DNA of 64,000 nucleotides from NCBI GenBank assembly GCA_013416795.1, contig RQSC01000029.1:158491-222490 (forward strand), read 5' to 3'. The first letter of the stretch is position 1. The number at the start of each line of letters is the position of its first letter. The position numbers were made by a program, and so were the translations under genes. Below the pieces are notes generated by a model that saw only the letters and a program-made list of their open reading frames with translations, was not told the origin of the DNA and made no database searches. Source of the stretch: Prasinococcaceae sp. CCMP 1430. Lineage: Eukaryota; Plantae; Prasinodermophyta. Of this stretch, positions 1 through 12,000 are shown piece by piece.

Positions 1-3000
1 GAGCTGAACGTACTGCTGCCGCTGTCCGTTGGACCATCCGCCCTCATGCTGGCGATTGCTGCCTTTGCCTCCTGCATTGTCCGCATTGTCTCGAGTGCGG
101 ACGAGGCGTCCGCCAGCGTCGCATGGGCGAGGCGAGCTGCGAGTCCAGCCGTGAAGGGTGACACAACCGCATGCAAGGGGGAGCAACGCCCATCCACGCG
201 CAGGGCTCGAGTGAAAGTAGTCGATACATTCCTCCCCGACACTACCCGTGCCAGGAGCTTGACTGGCGCGACCAGTGACATCCCGGCGAGAGATGCACGC
301 GGAAGAAAGGCCCTGTGAAACGGCACCGCATTCACCTCGATCTCAACACCAAGCTCAATCTCATCGATCGTCACAGTGTCATCCGCGCGCTTCGCCGTGC
401 CATTCGCGCTCGCCTTGCGTCTTGGCAGGTTTGACATCTCCGAGGGCGCGCCCGCACTCGTCCTCTCGCCCTCCTGCCCTGTGATGGCAACATTTGCACC
501 CTTTTGGCGCCCGATGGTTTGCCCGATGCTCTCGCCGCCGAAGTGTATGGCACGCCTGACCCGATCCAGGGCAGACAGTGCGATGTTCGGCGCCCTAGAA
601 CCCGCAGACATCGCCCGGCGGTACATCCTAGTTTCCCGCATTGTTTGATTCAGCCCATGCACCGATCGCAGCAGCTCCGCGCGCTGAGGCCCGCGCAGGG
701 TGTGGCTGCGGGCTTGCCAAGCCAGCGTCGAGCCGGACCGCAGGCGCGTCGAGGGGACTGTAAACACGACACAGAAGCGCTCCGACTTCGTCGACGGAGG
801 CGATGTGTACGAACCTTGCTGCGTCTGCACTGTCCCGTCTTGATCGTCGCTCTCGGGGCACGCGAGGATCACCCGGACATGCCCCACGTCCACGCTAATC
901 GATCGTGCCATGCCATTGCCGCGAGCTTGCATCTCAAGTACCGCTCGCATGGTGGGCCGGGACTGCACCATGGCGAAGGCTATGTCAGACGCCAGCGCCG
1001 ACGTGGCAGCTTCCGAGACGGCATCCCCATGCGCACGTGCGCGCCACATCCGACGCGGCAATAGCATGGCAAAGCGAGTGGCGAGCCCCGGGCTGTACGT
1101 GACGTTGACGGATGCAAGCGAGACGCCCAAAATAGTTCGCTTTGCAACATGCTCCGAGCCATCGCTGGCCGCTGCCGTTTCCCCAAGTGACGCCATGATG
1201 CCAGGGAGTGTCAGACGAGTCTCCAGGAAAGGCTGATGCCGACCTGACGCGCCCCAAAACTCCTCGTCGTCGAGTGCCCATGCTCCATCTTGACGGTGCG
1301 CCGGAAACCCTTTAAACGTAGAGTCAACACCATCTTCTCCACCGTGCTCGGCGGGCGAGGCCAGCACCGTCGTGAGCCTCTCGTCTTTCTCAGCACAGTC
1401 GTAGCACAGGAGTGTTCCAAGTCTCGTGACCACGTGCAGCTCGCCACTGCTATGCAGGTCAACGCTAGCACGAAGTAGGCGTATTTCCAACTGAGCAATA
1501 TCGAGCGCCTTGGTGCCGGCGCTCAGATCCGTCGGTACCTCAGCGTGCGCCATCGCGGCCACCTTGGCACATGCCACTCGTACTGACACGCGTATTCCCG
1601 GAGAGCCTACCGGCACGAGCGGGCTAAAGGTGCGCTGAGCAACGCTGGTGACTTTGTGAAAGAGCTCCACCAGTTGCCACGCGTCACCACCAGCCCTCGC
1701 TCCTTTCACAGTAGCCCACCACCTGAATCGCGCAATGTCGAGCACACCGAGGTGACGCTCGAGGAACTCAAGTTCCGCACGCTCTGCACGCGAGAGTGCG
1801 AAGAACTTTCCAAGCCACGTCTGCTGCGCCCACGTCACGCGCCTGTAGAGCTCACCATACCTCTGCCGCAGCCGATAAGGGGTCAAAGTGGAACGCGTCT
1901 TTTTGCCGCTGCTGAACACCCTCCTGAAGGGCACGACACCCGCCTTTGAGGCGAGGTGCCAACGCTGGCGCACAATAGTGGCCACAGCATGGCGCCACCA
2001 CTCGCGCGGGTCCGCGACTGGCCTCTGCACGGGCCGACTTGCCTGGAGAGTCAGCGCTGTCGAGTACATTCGCAGGTCGCCCAGCAGTGCGCGCAGTCCC
2101 AGAATCGACGGCTGATCGACGCTGAGGAGGAGCGCAGAGACAGTCACATCAATCGTCACGCTAGGTGCCATCGAGCCGCCAAGCCAGCGGCTTGAGGCGG
2201 TGGCATTATGCTCGGTTGAGTCGCCCACCTTCCTCAGCACGTTGTCGACTGCCGCACGCATGAGGAGGAGCGGTGTCGAGGGCACGCGAAGGAGAACGTC
2301 GGCACTCATGCTCCACCGCTTAATGATCACCGAGGTGGCGGGCTTTCCTGCGCGGTCCAGGCGAGCAGCACTGTCCACCTCGAGGTTGACACCCTTGACG
2401 AAGATGCTCGTGGCGGCCATTCCGGCAGACTGGGCGGCGCTGCTCGTTCCGAGGGCGTGACCAGTAACAGCCTGCGGCACCACGCCAGCGGACGCGAGCT
2501 TCAGTCGGATTGCCTTTGGCGCGTTTGACACCGTCCTTCGCTGCTGCCGCTCGCTGTGCTCGCGCTGGCGCTGCTGCAGGTGCGGCTCCTCCTGTGGGAT
2601 TTCATCACCATCGCCGTGCTCGCCACCGAGCTCGTACGTCACAGTGAGCCCTTCTACGCGTAGCACAACATTTCGCGCTGCCCAATGGAGGAACACGTGA
2701 AGCAGCTGCCTCGTTGCCACTGTAGCGATAGACTCGGGCGGTAGCCACCGCCACAGCAGCAGGTCGATCGCGCGCAGCTGCTCCTCGCGCCAGCTGCTCA
2801 GCTGCTCCTCCGTGCGCCTCTGGAGCTCATCGGCAGCTCGCCTGGGAGGTCGCATTCTCCGCCTAAGCGTCAGGTCAACCTGGGCGGCCTCAACGCTGAC
2901 CTCTGGCACCGGCGACCACAGCGTTGCGCGGCGTATGCTCACCCGGACCGAGCCGGCGCATGCATCAGTCGTCACGAAGGGAAGAGTGTCGGGTGCAGCG

Positions 3001-3344
3001 GCCAGCACTCCTTTCCAGACGCTCAGGCCGCGCAGCTCAAGGGTGCCGCTCCATACGTCGCAGACGGCCAGCTCGACCTTTCCGACGTTGGCCTCGACCG
3101 CCGTGCGCATGATTCGACCCACCAGCCTCGACATTGCGCGCAGCATCGGCCGCGCGAGCACGTACCGCAACAGCACGACGAGCAGCACCGGATACAGCGG
3201 ATTCGCCGGTGCGCGCTCCAACCGCGCGAGGAGGTACGCGGCCATGCCCTCACGGGCGCCGGCCCCTGCCGCCGCTCCGAGCATGCCGCCGCCGCCCTCG
3301 CCAGGCGCCGCCGCCCACGCTTCGCCACCGGCCCCTGCCGCCAT
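1..3344 (-). CDS. VPS13: VPS13-family lipid transfer protein, N-terminal (chorein) part; runs off the window start
   Basis: Manual translation from ATG 3344 is open to position 1; it is absent from the ORF track because there is no stop in the window. It contains SRPVQRPVADPREWWRHAV...YGELY...ELEFLERHLGVLDIARFR, matching the VPS13 N-terminal RP..WW.YA / Y..LY / L..LE..L pattern. The start may lie in the adjacent gap. Confidence 0.7.
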   Translation of the reverse strand, partial: MAAGAGGEAWAAAPGEGGGGMLGAAAGAGAREGMAAYLLARLERAPANPLYPVLLVVLLRYVLARPMLRAMSRLVGRIMRTAVEANVGKVELAVCDVWSGTLELRGLSVWKGVLAAAPDTLPFVTTDACAGSVRVSIRRATLWSPVPEVSVEAAQVDLTLRRRMRPPRRAADELQRRTEEQLSSWREEQLRAIDLLLWRWLPPESIATVATRQLLHVFLHWAARNVVLRVEGLTVTYELGGEHGDGDEIPQEEPHLQQRQREHSERQQRRTVSNAPKAIRLKLASAGVVPQAVTGHALGTSSAAQSAGMAATSIFVKGVNLEVDSAARLDRAGKPATSVIIKRWSMSADVLLRVPSTPLLLMRAAVDNVLRKVGDSTEHNATASSRWLGGSMAPSVTIDVTVSALLLSVDQPSILGLRALLGDLRMYSTALTLQASRPVQRPVADPREWWRHAVATIVRQRWHLASKAGVVPFRRVFSSGKKTRSTLTPYRLRQRYGELYRRVTWAQQTWLGKFFALSRAERAELEFLERHLGVLDIARFRWWATVKGARAGGDAWQLVELFHKVTSVAQRTFSPLVPVGSPGIRVSVRVACAKVAAMAHAEVPTDLSAGTKALDIAQLEIRLLRASVDLHSSGELHVVTRLGTLLCYDCAEKDERLTTVLASPAEHGGEDGVDSTFKGFPAHRQDGAWALDDEEFWGASGRHQPFLETRLTLPGIMASLGETAAASDGSEHVAKRTILGVSLASVNVTYSPGLATRFAMLLPRRMWRARAHGDAVSEAATSALASDIAFAMVQSRPTMRAVLEMQARGNGMARSISVDVGHVRVILACPESDDQDGTVQTQQGSYTSPPSTKSERFCVVFTVPSTRLRSGSTLAWQARSHTLRGPQRAELLRSVHGLNQTMRETRMYRRAMSAGSRAPNIALSALDRVRRAIHFGGESIGQTIGRQKGANVAITGQEGERTSAGAPSEMSNLPRRKASANGTAKRADDTVTIDEIELGVEIEVNAVPFHRAFLPRASLAGMSLVAPVKLLARVVSGRNVSTTFTRALRVDGRCSPLHAVVSPFTAGLAARLAHATLADASSALETMRTMQEAKAAIASMRADGPTDSGSSTFS

Positions 3345-3355
3345 GGCTGCCGCCG

Positions 3356-3453
3356 NNNNNNNNNNNNNNNNNNNNNNNNNNNNNNNNNNNNNNNNNNNNN
3401 NNNNNNNNNNNNNNNNNNNNNNNNNNNNNNNNNNNNNNNNNNNNNNNNNNNNN
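3356..3453. other. Assembly gap (98 N)
   Basis: Run of N. Confidence 0.99.
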
Positions 3454-3519
<66 letters not shown>

Positions 3520-3531
3520 GGGGGGGGGGGG
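3454..3531. repeat. Poly-G tract (65 G, A, 12 G) abutting the gap
   Basis: Seen directly; probably partly a sequencing artefact. Confidence 0.9.
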
Positions 3532-3592
3532 CCGCGGGGGCGGCACGAGCATGTGATGGCAAATTTGTTACATGTGTACAGTGGGGGGGTCA

Positions 3593-5107
3593 TCATGCGT
3601 CCTCCCCGGTGGTCGGCTTCACCTCGGGTGCGCCTTCGACGTACTTGTGTACGATCTTGTCGACGCCGCCCTTGGTCGCCTGCTGAAGATCGCTCCAGTT
3701 GGACCGCCCTACGAGGCGAAGCGCCTTCCAGCACCAGTTTTTGTTGTTCTTGAGCAAGTACTCCTCCTCTATTCCGGCGTCCGGATCAAGCTCGGCGGCG
3801 AGCGGCTTGAGCAGCTCGCCGAGCTCGGGCACGGGCTTGCGCTCCTCGGAGCGCACGAAGGCCTCGTGGTCACCCAGCGGCGATTTCCAGAGGTTGGAGA
3901 GCTCGAACTGTGGCGCGGCGCCGCGCATGACCCGCCGCCGCTTCACAGGCGCGGGGGCAGGCGCCTCCTCAGGCTTCCTTTCGATGCTCTTCTTGCACCC
4001 GTCCTTCTTCCACGCCACCCAGCTTCCCTCCCGCTGCAACGTCTCCTGGATCGCCGCGACGAAGCGCGCGCCCTCTGAGCCGGGTGCTGTGCGCTTCAGC
4101 GCGCCGAGCACGCGCTCTTCAACGGGGGTGATTCTCTTGGCCTGCTCAGGCTTGAGTGCGCCCTTTTTGTTCCCTGGGGCGCGCAGGAAGCGGAAGATGA
4201 TCAGGCATTGGCAGAGGAAGTGCCGCCGGAACGCGCCGTCGCGCAGCTGCAGATTCAGTAGCCGGCCGCTGGTGAGGTATTTCGCGCCAATGCGGTCCGC
4301 GTCGTCGCCCCCAGCCGCCGCACCAGCCTCCGCTGGGGTCGCTAGCGGCAGCGACTCGAAGGCGTCCAACGCCTTACCCACGCCAGACGTAAAGTCAGAG
4401 AATGTGCTAGCGTCCCCTCCCAGCAGCTTCATCGGGTCGTTGAAGAGCCTCTGCAGGCCCCAGAACGCCTCGTGGAAATGCGCGTCCACCTCCCCGTTGG
4501 TGCCGTCGAGTTGACCGTCGGCCTCCTCGAATTCGGTGACGTTGCCCACGTTGAACTTGCCAGTCACGTTCAGCGCAGAGCGCTCAGACAGCGGGTAGAG
4601 CTTGGCGAGCAACATGACGACGCGCCCGCAGAGGACCGTGTCCGCGTCCTTGGACAGCCGTCGCAGCAGGTCGTTGCACGCGCGCAGCAGCGCGAACTTG
4701 CCCTTGTCAAAGTAGGTGCCGACCGCATCCACGTTAGATTCCAGCCATGTGAAGACAGCCTCGCAGTCGGCAAGTGTTGACGCCGCGACCAGGTCTTCCA
4801 CCATGGCGAAGACAAGCGAGGGCTCTGCAATCGTCGCGGACGCCCACTCGAGCGCTGCCGCGAGGAGTGAGGGCACGGCGCCGTCGGCGTGCTCCAGAAC
4901 GGGCGCTTCAGCGTCCGCCGCTGCCGCAACGAGCTCGTCCAACACGAGCAGCGCCGCGTGACCCACGATGGCGCGCCCCTCAACGCTCAGCGGCACATCG
5001 CCCTCGCCGCCCGCCGCTGCCCTAACCTCGCCAGCGCCCGCATGTGCGCATATGGCGCGCGCGACGTCTTCGCGCGCCCTCTCAAAGGCGCATGGTGCGG
5101 GTGTCAT
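3593..5107 (-). CDS. THOC1: THO complex subunit 1 (Hpr1)
   Basis: Motifs LLRACNDLLRRLSKDADTVLCGRVVMLLAKLYPLSERSALN, YLTSGRLLNLQLRDGAFRRHFL and WVAWKKDGC. ATG at 5107 is in frame; the longer track ORF upstream is GC-rich read-through. Confidence 0.92.
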   Translation of the reverse strand: MTPAPCAFERAREDVARAICAHAGAGEVRAAAGGEGDVPLSVEGRAIVGHAALLVLDELVAAAADAEAPVLEHADGAVPSLLAAALEWASATIAEPSLVFAMVEDLVAASTLADCEAVFTWLESNVDAVGTYFDKGKFALLRACNDLLRRLSKDADTVLCGRVVMLLAKLYPLSERSALNVTGKFNVGNVTEFEEADGQLDGTNGEVDAHFHEAFWGLQRLFNDPMKLLGGDASTFSDFTSGVGKALDAFESLPLATPAEAGAAAGGDDADRIGAKYLTSGRLLNLQLRDGAFRRHFLCQCLIIFRFLRAPGNKKGALKPEQAKRITPVEERVLGALKRTAPGSEGARFVAAIQETLQREGSWVAWKKDGCKKSIERKPEEAPAPAPVKRRRVMRGAAPQFELSNLWKSPLGDHEAFVRSEERKPVPELGELLKPLAAELDPDAGIEEEYLLKNNKNWCWKALRLVGRSNWSDLQQATKGGVDKIVHKYVEGAPEVKPTTGEDA

Positions 5108-5392
5108 CGAGCGGCTCGAGCCTGCCGCGGTGGGATCCCTGCGGCGGAGTCCCCTCTCCGCGCCGCGCGAGGGGAGGAGGGGGGCAGGCGCGCGGGACAC
5201 GCGCGCGCTGTGGCACGCGTACTGCTCTGCGAGCGAAAAAGGAGGGACATGAAAATCCGCGCTGCCAGAGCGCGCTCTCTCCGAGCGCGCCGCAGGTGCA
5301 GCGCATGCTGCGGCGCGCCAGCGGCGCGCCGCGCGGGCGCGCCGCGCAGCCTGCGCGCGCCGCGCGGGCGCGCCGCGCAGCCCTGCGCGCGC
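5108..5392. promoter_or_regulatory. Putative bidirectional promoter between divergent THOC1 and PDE12
   Basis: 285 nt between the two ATGs; contains a 28-bp direct repeat at 5324-5351 and 5355-5382. Confidence 0.45.
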
Positions 5393-7287
5393 ATGGTGGC
5401 CCGCGCAGCGCGCATACGCCCCCCGGCGCCAGGCTACGTGGAGGTCAGTACCAATGCGGTCAGAACAGACGGCTCGGACGCGAGCTCGGCCATCGCGCTG
5501 AGCCTCACGCACGCCGGCCACCAGCGGAATTGGGTGCGGCCAGCGGACGAGGACCTCCGGACCACAGTCTCGCGAATTGCTCGTAACATCAGCAAGGAAG
5601 CCTTGCTGGCGCTTCCTAAGAAGGAGCGCAAGAGGGCGTCCCTGCCCGAAGGTGCGCGGGCCTCCGCGCGTGACGCCTGCATGCCGCCCCTTCCGCATCG
5701 CATCGCACACTCTGAGCTGACCACCGTCGTCGCGACCGTTCGTCTCCATCTGGACTCCACGGCCCGCCAGTCGCTGTACGTCTTCTAGACAGCAGCGGCG
5801 AGCCCGTGGACGCGTCTCTGCCGAACAGCGCTGCGTGGCGCGACGCTGCAACGCTGTGCATCGACGACACAATCTATGCAGTGGCCGTTGACAGGCCCGA
5901 CGTTGAGGAGATACGGGTCCTCTCCAGGGCGCTGCCAGGCGCACCGCTCACTGCAGCGCCCGCATTTCTGCGTGGATGTGTGGAGGATGAGATTGCATTC
6001 GAGTGGTTTGCTGGGGAGCCCGAAGGTGTCCGTAAGGGGCGCTTGCTCGCGACGGGAGTCACGTACACGCCGCAGTCACAGGAGGAGGGCCAGTCTTTGA
6101 CCCTCCTGTGCTCCCCCCCAGGCGGGGGTGTTCCTGCGCGGGCGTCCGTAGGAATCATCGCTGGTGCGCCCGCATTTGACGAGATCACGCACGCGAGGCA
6201 GCGCGCGAGCAACTTCAGCGGAGAGACGCCGCCGCTGCATGGTGCCATCCGCTTCCTGTCCTACAACCTTTTGAGCTCGGCCTATGTGGGCGAGTTCAGC
6301 TCGCTCTATCCGTACGCCACGCAGTGGGCGCTCGACACCGAGCGGCGAGTGCAGCTTGCCATGGACGAGGTGATACGCTGGAGGCCCAGCGTGGCATGCC
6401 TCCAGGAAGTGGATGACGAGCTGTTTGCGAACGCCTGGATGCCAACGATGCGCGCCAACGGCTTCGATGGTGCGTTCTGTCCGAAAGGCGAGGGGAGCAT
6501 CGAGGGGAGCGCCATGTTCTGGGACTCGCAGCGATTTGAGCGTGTCGCATCGCGGGAGGTAAGCCTTGCGGAGGCTGCAAGGAGAGCCGTCGCCGCCGCC
6601 GCCTCGCAGACAGGCGCCGTGGCTCCTCGCGGCGAATGCGGTAGTGCAGCAGCCGGTGATGGCATCGGAGAGTATCTGTACCGCATGCAGCGCGAGTGTG
6701 ACTCCGCCGTGTTGTCGACACTGCTGCGCGTCGCCCAGACTGTGCAACTCTGCGTGCTGCAGGAGCGTGAGATGCCCGAACGACGCATTCTCGTGCTCAA
6801 CACGCACTTGTACTTCAAGAAGTTTGCGTTGCGCGAGCGCACCGCACAGGCCGCGCTCATGCTCGGCCTGGGTCGCGACTTCCGACGAGAGTTGGCTGAG
6901 CTTCACGACTGGAACGAGGAACCGCCAATGGTGGTGTGCGGGGACCTCAACGCTGAGCCGCAGGATCTTCCTATAAGGTACCTGCTCGAGGGTGTCGAAG
7001 AGACCGACTCTGAGTGGCGAATCGATTCTAGTGGCGATGAGGCGCCGGCAGGGCAGGGCGCAACGCTCAGTGCGGCACCTGCGCTCGAGTGCGCGACCGG
7101 AGTTCCCTCCTGGACAAATCGCGTGGACAAGTTCGAAGGCACGCTCGACTGGGTGCTCGTCGAGCGCGGGCGGCTTGTGCCGATGCGGCACGCCCCGCCC
7201 GTCGCAGACTCTGTGGGCTTCTTGCCGTCGGAGGAGTTTCCGTCGGACCATATCGCCGTGTGCTGCGACGTGCAGTACACGCCATGA
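5393..7287 (+). CDS. PDE12: 2',5'-phosphodiesterase 12 / CCR4-Angel family EEP nuclease, 2 exons (intron 5652-5770)
   Basis: RFLSYNLL, ACLQEVD, VCGDLNAEP, TLDWV and PSDHIAV EEP motifs. A GT-AG intron joins LPE to VAVRLLDSSGEPVDASLPNSAAW in frame, giving a PDE12-like N-terminus. Confidence 0.85.
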
Positions 7288-7468
7288 GCGCATTGAACAC
7301 CGTCGGAGCAGCGTGGTGACGCGCCCTGGAAATGTCGTAAACTATGTCAATATCATGTACAACACGCCCGCAGCGGCTCGGTCCCGAGCGGCGAGCGCAG
7401 CGTGGGCCATCTGCGCACAGCGCCGAGCCAGAGCGAAGGCCAAGCGACGCTACACGCGCGTTTCACGC

Positions 7469-8203
7469 TCATGCCATCATGGTCTTGAACTCCTCGAAGT
7501 CAATAAGCCCCGAGCCGTCCTTGTCCGTCTCCTTGATGAGCTGCTCGATGTCGATGGTGAGGCCGAATTCAAGGATGGTGTTGCGCAGCTTAGTTGTCGA
7601 GATCTCGCCTGTCTTATCAGCGTTGCCGCCTAGGGCCACGAATGCCTCGATGGTATCACTCTCGTCACCGCGCGCAGCCTCCTTAGCCTGCGTGACAAGG
7701 AACGCGCGCGGATGCCCAGCAGCAGGAAGGATGCGTCGCACGAGCGCGTGGGGTGGAAGTGGGGGGGTCACAAGCACGTGAGACAGGGGAAGACTTGAGT
7801 CAGGGATGTCCGCACGCACATTTCCACCCGCTAGCACGCGCAAGGAGCAGCGCGCTTTGCACGCGTCGTGCGAATGCGCGTGCATGGCCTGCTCGCACGC
7901 CCGGGAGAAGCACCTGCGCACGTGCGCTCGCTCATCCGCGCTGCTTCTTGTGTGCCTACGCCCATGCCTGGCGCATACCTTCTGGCTCTCAATCACTCGC
8001 AGGAACTCGGAAAACTCGATCTCACCGCTGTTGTCGTCGTCGACCTCCGAGATCATGAGGAAGATCTCCTCCTCGGTGGGGTTCTGACCGAGCGCCTGCA
8101 GCGTGGCCTTGAGCTCGGTTGCATCGATGGTGCCGCTGCCGTCCTTGTCGAAGCGGCTGAACGCCTCACGGCAGCCGTCGATCTCCTCCTGCGACAGGCC
8201 CAT
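7469..8203 (-). CDS. Calmodulin-like EF-hand protein, most like flagellar outer-arm dynein light chain LC4; intron 7688-7978
   Basis: [27 protein letters not shown]...[13 protein letters not shown]; after splicing [20 protein letters not shown], recalled as characteristic of Chlamydomonas LC4. Confidence 0.75.
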   Translation of the reverse strand: MGLSQEEIDGCREAFSRFDKDGSGTIDATELKATLQALGQNPTEEEIFLMISEVDDDNSGEIEFSEFLRVIESQKVCARHGRRHTRSSADERAHVRRCFSRACEQAMHAHSHDACKARCSLRVLAGGNVRADIPDSSLPLSHVLVTPPLPPHALVRRILPAAGHPRAFLVTQAKEAARGDESDTIEAFVALGGNADKTGEISTTKLRNTILEFGLTIDIEQLIKETDKDGSGLIDFEEFKTMMA

Positions 8204-9009
8204 GGTCGCGAGCGCGTGGGCGCGCGCGCAGTCCCGGAGGGCGCACGCCGCGCAGAGAATGGCGCTCTCCGATGGTTGTTGCGCGCCGCCGCCGCGGAGG
8301 GCCGCTGCGTGCGAGGCGCGGGGACGCGTGCGACGATGCGCCGCCCGCCGCGAAGGAGCGGCCTCCCCCATATGCAAACGCATGTGCAGTCATGCATTGC
8401 ACGTGCGTTGCCCCCGCGCCGCGGGCACGCCGGGCGCCGGACAGAGGTGCGGATCCCGCCGCTAGGTGGCCCTCCTGCCCCGTGAGCGCGCGCCGCGCAG
8501 ACAAACCTGGTCGCTGACCTGGTCCGGCGCGCCGGTCGCCGCCCCGGGACGCCTCACCCCTCCGCACACGCCTCGGCAGTCCGCACCCGCCGCGCCGCGC
8601 GCCCCCCCCCCCGGGGGAACCGAGCCAACCTCTGCTGTCTCCACCATCAAAACGCATTCACGCGCGCGCGCGCCCAAAGCGGCTACGCGAGGGCGCACGC
8701 GCACAGGAGTAGCGTCCCCACCCGCCAACGCCACTGCTTCCACACACCTGGGTAATTAGAGCAAAGGAGGGAGGTCCACCAGTACATCCACGAGATGAGA
8801 CCGGGATTCTCAGATTACCCCGGAGTGCCGGCGAGGGCTCGGGCGACTCCGGGGCGAGCGCCGCTCCAACAACGGCTCGTTCCCCGGCCGCGTTCCCGGG
8901 CCCCGCGTGGGTGCGCGGGCACGCACGCAGCGCCAGCGCCGGGCACTGCGCGCTCGCGCCGCGCCCGCAGGCGCCGCGCGAGCGCGCGCGAGCAGGGAAG
9001 GGGGGGGAG

Positions 9010-12000
9010 ATGGCTGACGCCAAGCCCGAGAAAGGCGACGGGGAGGAGGAGGCGTTGCAGGTGCGCATGCGCGCATGCACGCGCGGCGCCGGCGCGGCGC
9101 GGCGCAGCAGTTTTCTGTTGGCAGTGGCGAGAGGGGGGGGACATACGCTGACGCGCGACGCGCGCGTCCCCTGCAGGCCAAGGCTTTCGAGGCGCTCGAG
9201 CGGGACTTCCAGGAGGTGCGTGAGCTCGCTAGAATGGGCGAGGGGCTGCCGCGCCGCCCACGCGCGACGAGTGCCAGTACGGCCGACCCCGGCTGCTGTG
9301 ACCGATGCCACCGCTTTTTTTTTTTCACCGGGTGGAGCCCGCGCGCGCGGCAAGCGCGCGCGAGCCCCTCCGGCGCGGGCGGTGCAGGCGGATGGCGACC
9401 GCCCCCTCGTGCACCGAGTCGACGCTGTGCAGGATGTCAAGCCCCTTGGTGGCGGTGGGAAGCGCGAGACCCTTACGAGCTGCGGGAGCTGGGGTGGGGA
9501 ATGAGGAGAGCGTCCCGCGTGCGCGCGTGTACGCTCTCCCGTTCGGTCGGCAAAAAGAAAAAAATGCGGAACGTGTGTGAAGTGTCTGCGTTGAGCAACG
9601 CGCGCGTGTGCCGCAGCTGCGCAGCGTGGCCCATGCCCGGAGACTGACACCGGCACAATTCCTCTGGGTCGCTGTCGCCACTCGCTTGGCTTCGTGGGCA
9701 TACCGTGCAGGTGCTGCGCGAGCTTGTCGGCGACAAGTCGCTTGAGAAGTTCCGCGTGGAGTACGAGAAGCTCCACCGGACGCTGAAGAAGTCGCATGAG
9801 TCTGAGAAGCGCCTTATCAAGAAATGCCGCGAGCTCAACAATGAGATCGTTGCCAATGCTGCCAAAGTCCAGACCGCGCTCAAGCTGAGCGAGGAGGATC
9901 AGTCCATCATCGCTGCGCTCAAGAAGGAGATCGAGAAGGCGTGGAAGATGGTGGACGCCTCGCACGAGAAGGAGGCTAAGGCCAAGGAGAACATCCAGGA
10001 GCTAAAACTGGAGATTGCAAACCTGTCACGCCTTGTCGAGCAAGGCACAAGCGTGGGCGGGGGACAGGAGAGCGCGCTCATGGATGACCTGATGCGCCAG
10101 AAGGACGAGCTCGTGGCCGAGCGCGACGGGCAAGTGCAGCAGATCGTCGCGCTGCGCAACGAGGTGATGGAGAGCGGCGAGAAGCTCCGCGCGGCCGAGG
10201 CCGCGCGCCACGCGCTCGAGACCGACATCGCCGCGCTCACAGAAAAGGTCAATGGCAAGAAGGCCGAGGGCGAGCGCGAGATGCGTCATAAGGAGCGCCT
10301 CGAGCGTGAGATGCGCGACCTGAAGCGCCAGCTCGACGAGCGCGCCGTCGAGGTCAAGGCAAAGCAGACCACGGTACAGGCCGCGCAGGAGCAGGTGAAG
10401 CGCTTGGAGAAGCAGCTCCACGACCAGCACGGCGCCACGGAGCGCGCGCAGCGCGAGAGCGACGGGCTCACACAGAAGGTGCAGAAGCTGCACGCCGACC
10501 TCGATGAGCAGACCCAACACAACACGCAGCTGCTCACAGAAAACTCACAGCGCAAGGCGGAGCTCAAGTCGAAGGAGGATGAGCTCGCCACGGTGCGCGG
10601 GGAGATTGCTCGCGTGAACAAGATCCGCGACAACGCGCTCGCCAAGGTCAAGCAGGTGGAGCGCCAGCGCACCGAGGTGGAGCGCCAGGCCGAGGAATAT
10701 CGAGGCGAGATCGCGCAGCTTGAGCGCGAGATCGACGCGGGCCGCAGGGCAGTGGATACTGAGCGCAAGAAGCAGGATGAGCTTATGCGCGAGCGCGACA
10801 TTCTCAACAAGCTCAAGACGAGCGCTGAGAACGCCACCAGCCGCCAGATGGACCTCGTGAAGGTCAACGAGAACACTCGCAAGAATCTCGAGCAGGAAAT
10901 CTCCGGCTACAAGGCCGAGGCGCAGCGCCAGGGCCAGACCATCAACAGCCTCGAGCGCGAGCGCGAGAAGTACGGCGCGGAGGCCTCGAATGCGTCCGCT
11001 AAGTACCTGCAGGCGCTTGAGGAGGTCAAGATGCGCGAAATGACGATCATCGACCTCCAGAAGAAGATCGTGGAGGGCGAATCCAAGCTCAGGCAGCAGC
11101 AGAACCTATACGAGGCCGCGCGCTCGGACCGCAACCTGTACTCGAAGAATCTCATCGAGGCGCAAGACGAGATACAGGAGATGAAGCGCAAGTTCAAGAT
11201 GATGTCGCACCAAATCGAGCAGCTCAAGGAGGAGATCGGCTCAAAGGACCTCGCGCTGGTGAAGGAGCATTTTGACCACGTCCGAGTGGAGAAGGAGAAG
11301 GAGAGCTTGCGCTTCGAGCTTCAGAAGGCGCGCGAGCAAATCAAGGAGGCCGAGAGTGCGATCTCCGCTCAGTCGAAAGAGATCGAGAAACTCAACCAGA
11401 TCATCTCAGAGGCCGACCAGGAGCGCTTGCGCCAGACCAAGGAGTACGACATCGTCATCAACGAGCGTGACATTCTCGGCACGCAGCTCATACGCCGCAA
11501 CGACGAGCTCGCTCTGCTCTACGAGAAGATCAAGATACAGGCGAGCACGCTCTCCAAGGGCCAGATTCAATATCGCGACCGGCTCAACGAGATCCGGGTG
11601 CTCAAAATCAAGCTGAGCGACGTCAAGCGCGAGCTCCTGGTCGTGAAGAACAGTGTGGCGGCGGTGGACGTGCTCAAGCGCGAGGTGCACCACCTGGGGC
11701 GCGAGCTGCTGCAGGAGCGCACCAAGGTGAAGGCGCTGTCGGAGGAGCTCGAGAACCCGCTCAACGTGCACAGGTGGCGGAAACTCGAGGGGTCCGACCC
11801 AGGACTCTACGACATGATCCTCAAGATCCAGACGCTGCAGAAAAGGCTCATCGCAAAGACGGAGGAGGTGGTCGAAAGGGATCTCGCCATCCAGGAAAAG
11901 GAGAGGCTGTACGTGGAGCTCAAGAGCATCCTCGCACGGCAGCCGGGCCCCGAGGTGGCGGAGCAGCTGACCATCTACCAGGCGAGCCTGCGCGAGAAGA

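Noticed and set aside
3454-3531. Poly-G tracts (also 12683-12724) as functional G-quadruplexes or poly-Gly/Pro coding
   Set aside because: One abuts a gap; long G runs are a common two-colour sequencing artefact and cannot be validated here.
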